Part shown: piece by piece, positions 57,126-64,000 of the stretch
Numbering within the stretch: the first letter of the stretch is position 1
Layout: each line of letters starts with the position of its first letter
Source: Akkermansiaceae bacterium UBA6138
GTDB taxonomy: Bacteria > Verrucomicrobiota > Verrucomicrobiia > Verrucomicrobiales > DEV007
Assembly (NCBI GenBank): GCA_002422425.1
Contig: DIVG01000005.1
Coordinates: 10,334 to 74,333, forward strand
Length of the DNA stretch: 64,000 bases
Direction: 5' to 3'
The notes under the pieces: model-generated
Told to the model about the DNA's origin: nothing
What the model saw: only the letters and a program-made list of their open reading frames with translations
Database searches by the model: none
Position numbers and translations under genes: made by a program

Positions 57126-57324
57126 GGGAGGGTGGGAGTGCCGGGAAGAGGTCGGAGATGTCTGATTCGGTAAAGTAGAACGGGGCTTCGGTCCCTTTTG
57201 TCAAGCGTGTGGTCGGCAGCTCGTGAGAGAGCAGGTTCTGCAAGCCGCTCGGCGGCTTTTGCTCGACACTATTCGAAAAGTTCACTAATTTCTCCGATTC
57301 TTTCCTTATTGATTTAAATTTACC

Positions 57325-59166
57325 ATGATGTTGAAAACCTTTTTTGTCGCCGTCACTTTTTCGGCATTCGCTCTCCACGCGGCCGTCGCCGCTTCGGCGC
57401 TGGGTCTGAATACGGATGAATGGACCAGGCCAAGTCCGGAGATGGTCGCGCAAGTCGAGGCGATGGAGGCGGCAATGGTGGCGATGGCGAAAGGGGAAAA
57501 GCCCGCCGTCGATCTCCAGACGGCGATAGACAGGATACGCGCGATGGCGAACGAGGGAAAGGACAAGGACGCACTCTTCGCGATGGGTTTCCTCATTCAG
57601 CAGAGCAACCAGCCGAATGCCCTGGCCGAGGCGATGGCTTTTTATGAGAAGGCGTCGAATCTGGGACAGCTTCAGGCGATGAATAACTATGGTTTTATCC
57701 TGGCCGGATCCGCACAGGAACTGGAAAAAACGCAGGAGGGGGTCGGCTATATTAAAAGGGCGGCCGAAGGCGGTCTCAACGCGGCCCGTCGCAATATGGC
57801 GGCCATTTACCTGGGCGGCCTTGCCGGTGAGGCGAAAGATGCCGACCGTGCGCTGGAGCTGCTCGGGAAAGCGGCGGAAGAGGGGGATAATCAGGCCATG
57901 TTTGAGCTGGCGCAATATTACCTTGAACTCGGCGGTCCCGAAAAAGTTGATGATGACAAGGCCTGGGAATGGCTCAACAAGGCGGCTGACGCCGGTAATC
58001 CGAATGCGCTCGCTTCGCTCGGTTCCGTCCTCTTTGACGGGAAGACCTTCGGCGCGAAAAAAGTGGAGGCCGATCCCGCCCGGGCTGTCGCCACCTTCTC
58101 GAAGCTGGCTGACCAGGGCGTGCCCGCCGGTCTCCGCACCATGGGCGAACTTTACGCCGCCGGACTGGCCGGGGTGGAAAAGGACTTCCCGAGGGCGCTC
58201 GATTACTTTACCCGCGCCGCTCAGGGCAGTGATGCCGCCGCGCAGGTAACGCTCGCCGGTTATTACGACCAGGGGGTCGATCTTGATCCGGCTGACGGCA
58301 AGGTCGAGGTGACGCCGAACCCGGCGGCCGCGCTGGAATTGTATCGCCTCGCGGCACGCAACAACGTCCCCGTGGCGCTTTATAATGTGGGTATTTTTTA
58401 CGAAACCGGGCGATCCGTCGATCAGGATCCGGCAAAGGCGTTTTCGTTCTTCCTGCAGGCGGCCGGCGGCGGTTTTGCCCCGGCGATGCAGAAAGCGGGG
58501 GTTTACTACCTGAATGGTGCCGGGACGCTCAAAGACCCCGTTGCGGCGAGCGGATGGTTCTCGCGGGCGGCGGCGGCGGGTCTCCCCGAAGGTCTTCTCA
58601 GTTTGGGCGTCATGGCTGAGTCGGGTCTCGTCGGGGGTGGGCCCGAAATCACTCCGGCCGGAACGGCGGCGGATGCCTACATGAAGGTTATCGGCGCGCC
58701 CCGCGTTGCACCGGCGACACGCTTTGAGGCGCTCCTCCGTCTCGGTGGTCTCCACTTCCGCGGTGCCCTCGTCCCCGCCGGGGAAGCGCTCGCTCCGGAC
58801 TTTGAGCAGGCCTATCGCTACTTCAAGCAGGCCTCGAATCTCGCGCCCGAGAATGAGATGGCGACGAATACGCTGAAGGAGGCCGCCGCAAAACTCACTC
58901 CCGAGCAGATCAAGAAGATCGACGACTCCCTCGCCGGGGCGTCGTCAGCCGCTTCCGTTCCTGCGGCACCGGCACCGGCACCGGCACCGGCACCGGCACC
59001 GAGTGCGGGAGGTAAAGGCAAGGGAACGGCTTCCGAGGTGAATGCTCCGGGTGCTGCTGCTTCGGCGGCACCTGCCGCGATGTCTCCCGAAGGGGCGACG
59101 GCGGCTCCCGCCGCTGCCGAAGAGGAGAAAAAGCCCGGCTTCCGCCTTCCGATTTTCGGTCGATGA
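57325..59166 (+). CDS. Secreted Sel1/TPR-repeat protein
   Basis: Signal peptide, repeated A-x-x-x-LG-x-x-Y-x-x-G...A-x-x-W/Y-x-x-AA units, Ala/Pro-rich tail. Confidence 0.92.
   Translation: MMLKTFFVAVTFSAFALHAAVAASALGLNTDEWTRPSPEMVAQVEAMEAAMVAMAKGEKPAVDLQTAIDRIRAMANEGKDKDALFAMGFLIQQSNQPNALAEAMAFYEKASNLGQLQAMNNYGFILAGSAQELEKTQEGVGYIKRAAEGGLNAARRNMAAIYLGGLAGEAKDADRALELLGKAAEEGDNQAMFELAQYYLELGGPEKVDDDKAWEWLNKAADAGNPNALASLGSVLFDGKTFGAKKVEADPARAVATFSKLADQGVPAGLRTMGELYAAGLAGVEKDFPRALDYFTRAAQGSDAAAQVTLAGYYDQGVDLDPADGKVEVTPNPAAALELYRLAARNNVPVALYNVGIFYETGRSVDQDPAKAFSFFLQAAGGGFAPAMQKAGVYYLNGAGTLKDPVAASGWFSRAAAAGLPEGLLSLGVMAESGLVGGGPEITPAGTAADAYMKVIGAPRVAPATRFEALLRLGGLHFRGALVPAGEALAPDFEQAYRYFKQASNLAPENEMATNTLKEAAAKLTPEQIKKIDDSLAGASSAASVPAAPAPAPAPAPAPSAGGKGKGTASEVNAPGAAASAAPAAMSPEGATAAPAAAEEEKKPGFRLPIFGR
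58966..59001 (+). repeat. Perfect hexamer tandem repeat (GCACCG)6 encoding (Ala-Pro)6
   Basis: Six exact GCACCG copies inside the Sel1 gene. Confidence 0.9.
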
Positions 59167-59308
59167 TCGGTTTGATCGGATCGATCCCTTTCTCATGAAA
59201 CGCCCGGCGAGCCCGGGCGTTTCTCTGAGCCTGCCCGAAAAGGGGGCGCGCGATGGGAATGCCGGCCTTTTTGCTGGCGAAGTGCTCTTTTCCCGACCAG
59301 ATTGGGAG

Positions 59309-59959
59309 ATGCAGGAGCGCAGTGTCCTATGTGAAACTCACGGCGAGGAAGTCGCGAACTCGATTAGCCACGCTGTCGGTGGGATCCTGAGTTTGGTTGG
59401 ACTAGCGGTGATGGTAAAGCTCGCCATCCCCCTCTCAGCCTGGCATGTCACGGGGGTGAGCATTTTCGGCGGCAGTCTTGTCCTGCTTTACGGGGCCTCG
59501 GCGGTCTACCACTTCGTGACTTCGCACGAGAAAAAGCGGCTCTTCCAGATCCTCGATCATGCCCTTATTTTTGTGCTGATCGCGGGGAGTTACACCCCGT
59601 GGCTTCTCGTGAGCCTGCGCGGTCCGTGGGGCTGGTCGCTCCTCGCTGCCGTCTGGGGGCTGGCCCTGGGCGGGGTAATCCTGAAAACGATCCTTCTGCC
59701 GCGTTTCAACCGGCTCGGGACGGTGCTGTATATCCTGATGGGGTGGATGATTTGCGTCGCGATCGGTCCCCTTATGGACTCGGTCAACGCGGTCGGCATG
59801 GCCTGGCTTGTCGCCGGCGGGCTCTGTTACACGGGCGGCGTCGTCTTTTATCTGATGCCTAAGCTGCGCTACGGTCATTTCATCTGGCATCTTTTTGTGC
59901 TCGCCGGCAGCACCTGTCATTTCCTCGCCGTGACTTTCGGCGTGCTGGTCGTCGCCTGA
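59309..59959 (+). CDS. Hemolysin III / PAQR family membrane protein
   Basis: EEVANSISH, SAVYH, LDHALIFVLIAGSYTP, GGLCYTGG, HFIWHLFVLAGS; start 59309 preferred (59195 possible). Confidence 0.93.
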   Translation: MQERSVLCETHGEEVANSISHAVGGILSLVGLAVMVKLAIPLSAWHVTGVSIFGGSLVLLYGASAVYHFVTSHEKKRLFQILDHALIFVLIAGSYTPWLLVSLRGPWGWSLLAAVWGLALGGVILKTILLPRFNRLGTVLYILMGWMICVAIGPLMDSVNAVGMAWLVAGGLCYTGGVVFYLMPKLRYGHFIWHLFVLAGSTCHFLAVTFGVLVVA

Positions 59960-59973
59960 TCGATTGGGGAAAG

Positions 59974-60045
59974 GTAGAACGGGTCTCCAGGCCCGTTCAT
60001 CAATACTCAGGGAATGGCGGTAACGGGCCTGGAGACCCGTTCTAC
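59974..60045. repeat. REPIN: perfect inverted pair of GTAG-type REPs (class B)
   Basis: GTAGAACGGGTCTCCAGGCCCGTT (59974-59997) and its exact reverse complement (60022-60045), 24-bp spacer. Confidence 0.9.
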
Positions 60046-60079
60046 AGGAGGGAATGACTGAGTGAAGACTTCTCCGCAT

Positions 60080-60192
60080 CGGAACTGGCGAGAGTTCCGC
60101 TTCGTTGAATGGCGTTGAGGCTTGCGAGTCCAATCGGGAACATTGGCATGTTCCGCTAAGGCTGAACGGTGGGGCAGACATTCCTGTCTGCC
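60080..60192. repeat. Additional REP-like palindromes (classes C and D)
   Basis: Minus strand GAAG-CGGAACT-CTCGCC-AGTTCCG (60080-60103) and TTAG-CGGAACAT-GCCA-ATGTTCC (60135-60159); plus strand GTGG-GGCAGACA-TTCC-TGTCTGCC (60169-60192). Confidence 0.7.
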
Positions 60193-60201
60193 GTTGGAAG
60201 G

Positions 60202-61506
60202 TCACGCCTCTTCGATCCCCGTCACCCCGGCGTTCGTGCTGCTGCCGAAGGTGTCGATCGCGATGCCCATGCGTTGGGCGAGGGGGACAAAAAGATTGGC
60301 GAAAGGGGTGTTGTCCTTTTCATCATGGGCGAGGTAGCCCTGATGTCTGAAGCCGCCGCCGGCGAGGATGACCGGTAGGTTACGCCAGTCGTGGCTGCTG
60401 GCGTTGCCGAGATTTGACCCGAAGAGCACGGCGGTGTGGTCGAGGAGAGATTTCCCGTTTTCCTTGACCGCCTTGAGCTTGCCGAGGAACTCGGCGAAGA
60501 CGTCGAACTCGGCTTCTTCGATGATTTTAAGTTCGTCAATTTTGGCGGGGTCTTTGCCGTGATGGGAAAGATTGTGCCAGTCGGTGCGGACTCCAGGGAT
60601 CTTTGGCACAGCGTTCATGCCGGCGAGTTGAAAGGTGACGGTGCGGGTCGAATCGCTGCTGAGGGCGAGCACGATCATGTCGTTCATGAGCCGCTGCCGC
60701 GCGATAGCGTCGTTTTTGTCTTCGATGTCCTTCGGCGGTTCGGCTCCGATCTGCGGCTTGGGCTTCTGCACCCAGCCTTCGGACTCCTGCAGGCGCAGCT
60801 CGAGATCGCGCACGGAGGTCAGGTATTCGTCGAGCTTGTCCCGGTCGCGTCCGCCGAGTTCTTTTCCGAGCGTCTTCGCCTCGCCGAGGACGGTATCGAG
60901 GATGCTGCGTCCGCGCTGGAAATTTTTCATCTCGGCGGCGACCTCCTTTTCAGTTCCCTGGATGAAGAGGGACTTGAATAATTTTGCCGGAGAGGTCTCA
61001 CCGGGAATCTCGACGCCGTTCGCGGTCCAGGACATGGAGCGCCCGCTTGTGGAGAGGGCGAGGAAGGGATAGCGGGTGCGATTGCCGATCTCGGCGGCGA
61101 TGAGCTGGTCGAGGGAGATCGTATTTTTGAATCCGGCGAGTCCGGGGCGTCGGGCCGAGGTCAACCAGGTCATCTCGGAGGCATGCCCGTTGTTGCCCTG
61201 CTGCTCGGGATGGGAAAGCCCTGACATGAGCGTAAATTCGTCGCGGTAGGGGCGGAGCCGCTTGAGGTAGGGCGTCAGTTCGTGGTCCTTCCCCGGAGTC
61301 GTCGGGAAGAGATGGGGGCCGTGGAATCCGAGGGTCGCGCACATCGCGACAAAGCGCTTCGGCGACGTCGCCGGGACGCCTCGGGAAAAGGAGGGGCTCA
61401 TCGCCTCAAGGAGGGGTAGGCCCATCATTGCTCCGCCGGCTCCGCGCAGGAAGTGGCGTCGGCTGAGGGCGGGGCGGGTCGCGAGGTGTGGCATTTCCAT
61501 GGTCAT
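60202..61506 (-). CDS. DUF1552 (HXXSHH) family Tat-exported protein
   Basis: LSRRHFLRGAGG...LPLLEAM, NTISLDQLIA, DRDKLDEYLTSVR, WHNLSHH, HDWRNLPVILAGG. Confidence 0.93.
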   Translation of the reverse strand: MTMEMPHLATRPALSRRHFLRGAGGAMMGLPLLEAMSPSFSRGVPATSPKRFVAMCATLGFHGPHLFPTTPGKDHELTPYLKRLRPYRDEFTLMSGLSHPEQQGNNGHASEMTWLTSARRPGLAGFKNTISLDQLIAAEIGNRTRYPFLALSTSGRSMSWTANGVEIPGETSPAKLFKSLFIQGTEKEVAAEMKNFQRGRSILDTVLGEAKTLGKELGGRDRDKLDEYLTSVRDLELRLQESEGWVQKPKPQIGAEPPKDIEDKNDAIARQRLMNDMIVLALSSDSTRTVTFQLAGMNAVPKIPGVRTDWHNLSHHGKDPAKIDELKIIEEAEFDVFAEFLGKLKAVKENGKSLLDHTAVLFGSNLGNASSHDWRNLPVILAGGGFRHQGYLAHDEKDNTPFANLFVPLAQRMGIAIDTFGSSTNAGVTGIEEA

Positions 61507-61512
61507 GACGGA

Positions 61513-63972
61513 TTATTTGCGGCGGAAAATTTCACTGGTGACGGCGAGGAGGACGAGGTCGCGGACCCGGTAGCCCGAGGCTGCCGACCTCTGCACCATT
61601 GTATTGATTTCGGGCCGGTCGGAAAAGCCCGTTTCGCGTCCGGTCGAAAAGGTGAGCAGTTTCGTCAGAAAAGCGCGGGCGAGGAGTTCTCTCTCCCCGG
61701 CGATGAGATCGCGGTATTCGAGGAAGTCGGCAAAGGCACGTCCGTCCTGCAGTTGGCCGCTGGCATCGACGGGCGGCCCGATCTTGTAGTAAACGCGTTT
61801 GGCGCCGACCCATTTTGCGGGCGGGATCGCTCCCTCGCCGAGGCTGCGGAAAGTGTCGCGCCAGCCTCCGATGGGATCAAAGCGCTCCAGCGCAAAGCCG
61901 GGCGGATCGATCATCTCGTGACACGACTGGCAGCTCTCGGAGTCGCGGTGTTTCGCGAGGAGTTCCCGCAGAGTCGTGGTCCCGCGAATGTCGGGCTCGA
62001 CCCCGGGGATGCCGGGTGGGGGCGGGGCGGGATGTTTGCCGAGGAGACGTTCATTGATCCAGACGCCGCGGAGCACGGGCGAGGTGTTCGTGCCGTTGGC
62101 GGAGACTTTGAGGACGCTGCCGTGGGAGAGGAACCCGCCGCGTGGGCTCCCGGCGGGCAGGCTCACTTTCTCGACCTGCGGGCTGACGACGCCGTCTATC
62201 CCGTAGTGACGCGCGAGCCGCCAGTTGAGCATGGCGAAGTCGGACTTCACGAGGTGGGAAATGTCAAGATTCTCCGCGATGAGCGTCCGCAGATAGGCGC
62301 GGGTTTCCTCCAGCATAGAGTCCTGCAGGTAGCGGTCGAACTCGGGGAAGAGAGCCTCGTCGGGATTGGTGAACTCGATGCTGCGGAGGTCGAGCCACGA
62401 ATCGGTGAAGTCGTTGAGAAAGCGCGTAAAATGATCCGATTCGATCAGGCGCACCGCGTGCCCGGTGAGGGCTGCGGGATCGCTTGTGAGGCCACGGGTA
62501 GCGGCGGCACCGAGGAGGATCTCGTCGGGCAGGGTTCGGGTGAGAAAGTAGGAGAGCCTCGCAGCGAGGGAGTGGTCGTCGAGTGCGCCGTTTTTTTCAC
62601 GGAGGTAAAGAAAGTCGGGCGAGCAGAGCACGGCGGTGAGAGCGGTGCGGAGCGCTTCTTCGAAGGTGGCGCCTGCAGTCATTTCCTCCTGGAAAAGGAT
62701 GAGGTAGGGCGCGACATCTTCGTCAGTGGCGGGTCGTCGGAAGGCTTTGGAACCGAACCGCTTCAGCACGGGAATGACGTCGGCGGCGGGATCGGCCGAG
62801 ACGATTTCGAAACGCGGCACGTAGTATTTTTTCTCCTTATCCTTCGGATTGGCGGGCTCGATCTCGCGGCGGTCGAGTCCGGTGAAGATGAGCTCGTGTC
62901 CGATCGTGGGATAACGTTCGACGAGCGGCCCCTCGATCTCGACGGAGGAGATGGCGAGGCCGGGACCTTCGTAGGCGGCGAGTCCGTGTTGGCGAATGAG
63001 ATTCTCGGGATCGTAAAGGCCCTGCGGGGTGATCTCGATCATGAATCGCTCGTCCATCCGCGCGATCAGTTCGATCGTGGTCGGTTTGCCCGGAGGAAAG
63101 GAAAAATACCCGTAAGTGGGCCGCACTCCGGCCCGGGCGAAGGAAGTGCCGCCGACGGAAAAGAGGACCGGTTTGTCGCTCTGGTAGGCGTGGCCGGTCA
63201 CGCGGATGCGGTGGAGTCCGGCGCGTTTTGCCTCGGCTTCGCGGAGCATGCCGGTGGGGTAGCCAAGCTCGCGGAAGAAGACGATCGCGCCGTCGGGGGC
63301 CTTGTGCCATGATTCGCCCACGAACTTGTCGGCGCCGCGGGTCTCCGCGTAGGTTGCGGTGATTTTGACCGGCTCGGGAGCGGAGGTGTCCTTGGCAATG
63401 GCCGTGTCGATCGCGAGCGTCGCGGCCTCGAGGTAGCCGCCCATCTGGCTCGGGGAAATGCCGAGAGCCTCGCCGACGGTGTCGAACTCGCCGGAGCGTC
63501 CGTCCTCGGGCAGGGTAGCGGCGAGGTCGAGCTGTATCCCGAGGAGGTCGTTGACGGTGTTCTCGTATTCGCGCCGGTTGAGGCGGCGCAGCACGGTGCC
63601 TTTTCGGGTCTCGTGCGCGGCGGCGAGCGCGGGCGCGAGATCTTCGCGGAAGAGACGTTTTTCCCCGTCCGAAGGCGGCTCATTTTCCCGTGGCGGCATC
63701 TCTCCGTCGGCGACGCGGTCGTAGAGACGGACCCATTTTTCCATGACGGCCTCGTCGCCGAGATCACGGGAGAGGGCATCGAGATTGAGGCCGCCCTTGG
63801 CCGAGCTCTCGTCGTGGCATTCGTAGCAGTGCTTGTTGAAAAAGGGCACGAGCTGTTCGCTGAAATCGGCGGAGTCGGCGGGAGAAACGAGCGTGAGAAT
63901 AAGTAAAACGCTCGCGGCGGATGAAAGACCGGACGCGGCGGAGAAGAGGCGCACCTGATGAACTGGAAGCAT
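61513..63972 (-). CDS. DUF1587/1595/1592/1588/1585 c-type cytochrome-domain protein
   Basis: CYECH, LRRLNRREYENTV, KAFRRP, LAARLSYFL, TSPVLRGVW, CQSCH, DPPGFALE. Confidence 0.92.
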   Translation of the reverse strand: MLPVHQVRLFSAASGLSSAASVLLILTLVSPADSADFSEQLVPFFNKHCYECHDESSAKGGLNLDALSRDLGDEAVMEKWVRLYDRVADGEMPPRENEPPSDGEKRLFREDLAPALAAAHETRKGTVLRRLNRREYENTVNDLLGIQLDLAATLPEDGRSGEFDTVGEALGISPSQMGGYLEAATLAIDTAIAKDTSAPEPVKITATYAETRGADKFVGESWHKAPDGAIVFFRELGYPTGMLREAEAKRAGLHRIRVTGHAYQSDKPVLFSVGGTSFARAGVRPTYGYFSFPPGKPTTIELIARMDERFMIEITPQGLYDPENLIRQHGLAAYEGPGLAISSVEIEGPLVERYPTIGHELIFTGLDRREIEPANPKDKEKKYYVPRFEIVSADPAADVIPVLKRFGSKAFRRPATDEDVAPYLILFQEEMTAGATFEEALRTALTAVLCSPDFLYLREKNGALDDHSLAARLSYFLTRTLPDEILLGAAATRGLTSDPAALTGHAVRLIESDHFTRFLNDFTDSWLDLRSIEFTNPDEALFPEFDRYLQDSMLEETRAYLRTLIAENLDISHLVKSDFAMLNWRLARHYGIDGVVSPQVEKVSLPAGSPRGGFLSHGSVLKVSANGTNTSPVLRGVWINERLLGKHPAPPPPGIPGVEPDIRGTTTLRELLAKHRDSESCQSCHEMIDPPGFALERFDPIGGWRDTFRSLGEGAIPPAKWVGAKRVYYKIGPPVDASGQLQDGRAFADFLEYRDLIAGERELLARAFLTKLLTFSTGRETGFSDRPEINTMVQRSAASGYRVRDLVLLAVTSEIFRRK

Positions 63973-64000
63973 GGGGATTGATCGGACGAAGGATAATAAC

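Noticed and set aside
57049-58755. 568-aa minus-strand ORF
   Set aside because: Antisense to the Sel1 gene, no motifs; typical of GC-rich codon bias
59042-59308. Extended N-terminus of the hemolysin III ORF
   Set aside because: Overlaps the Sel1 gene; family similarity starts near GEEVANS
59960-60201. CRISPR array
   Set aside because: Repeats are inverted and heterogeneous, with no regular repeat-spacer period and no cas genes
61453-63312. 619-aa plus-strand ORF (likewise 6013-7251, 9848-11266, 12239-13114, 14140-15981, 20356-21678, 36007-37311, 39047-40099, 44469-45395, 56157-57065)
   Set aside because: Each lies opposite a well-supported gene and has no recognisable domain

Overview
GC-rich, gene-dense bacterial chromosome segment. 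The DUF1501/DUF1549-1553/DUF1592/DUF1552 paralogues, PQQ-like propellers and sulfatase point to the PVC superphylum, probably Verrucomicrobia (inference). Housekeeping genes: tRNA-fMet, tRNA-Pro, recQ, dcd, cmk, rpmE, prfA, nadB, panC, dacB, metG, argCJBDF. Accessory blocks: a tandem DUF1553-DUF1501 x2 operon with a divergent PAS-AraC regulator, two DUF1592 cytochrome-type genes (one with its DUF1552 partner), a DUF5722 glycoside-hydrolase-like gene near a sulfatase, and a solitary RAYT-type Y1 transposase. No CRISPR array, prophage or integrase was seen. Most notable: (1) a YdbH-like bridge protein followed by an apparent YnbE-YdbL fusion; (2) a metallo-beta-lactamase nuclease fused to an ATP-dependent DNA ligase; (3) the tandem c-type-heme/Tat-metalloenzyme modules; (4) several classes of GTAG/GTGG REP elements; (5) an unassigned hairpin-dense intergenic region at 34811-35124; (6) a family-4 UDG homologue with degenerate Fe-S and catalytic motifs. 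All assignments come from motif recognition by eye; no database search was run, and start codons are best guesses.
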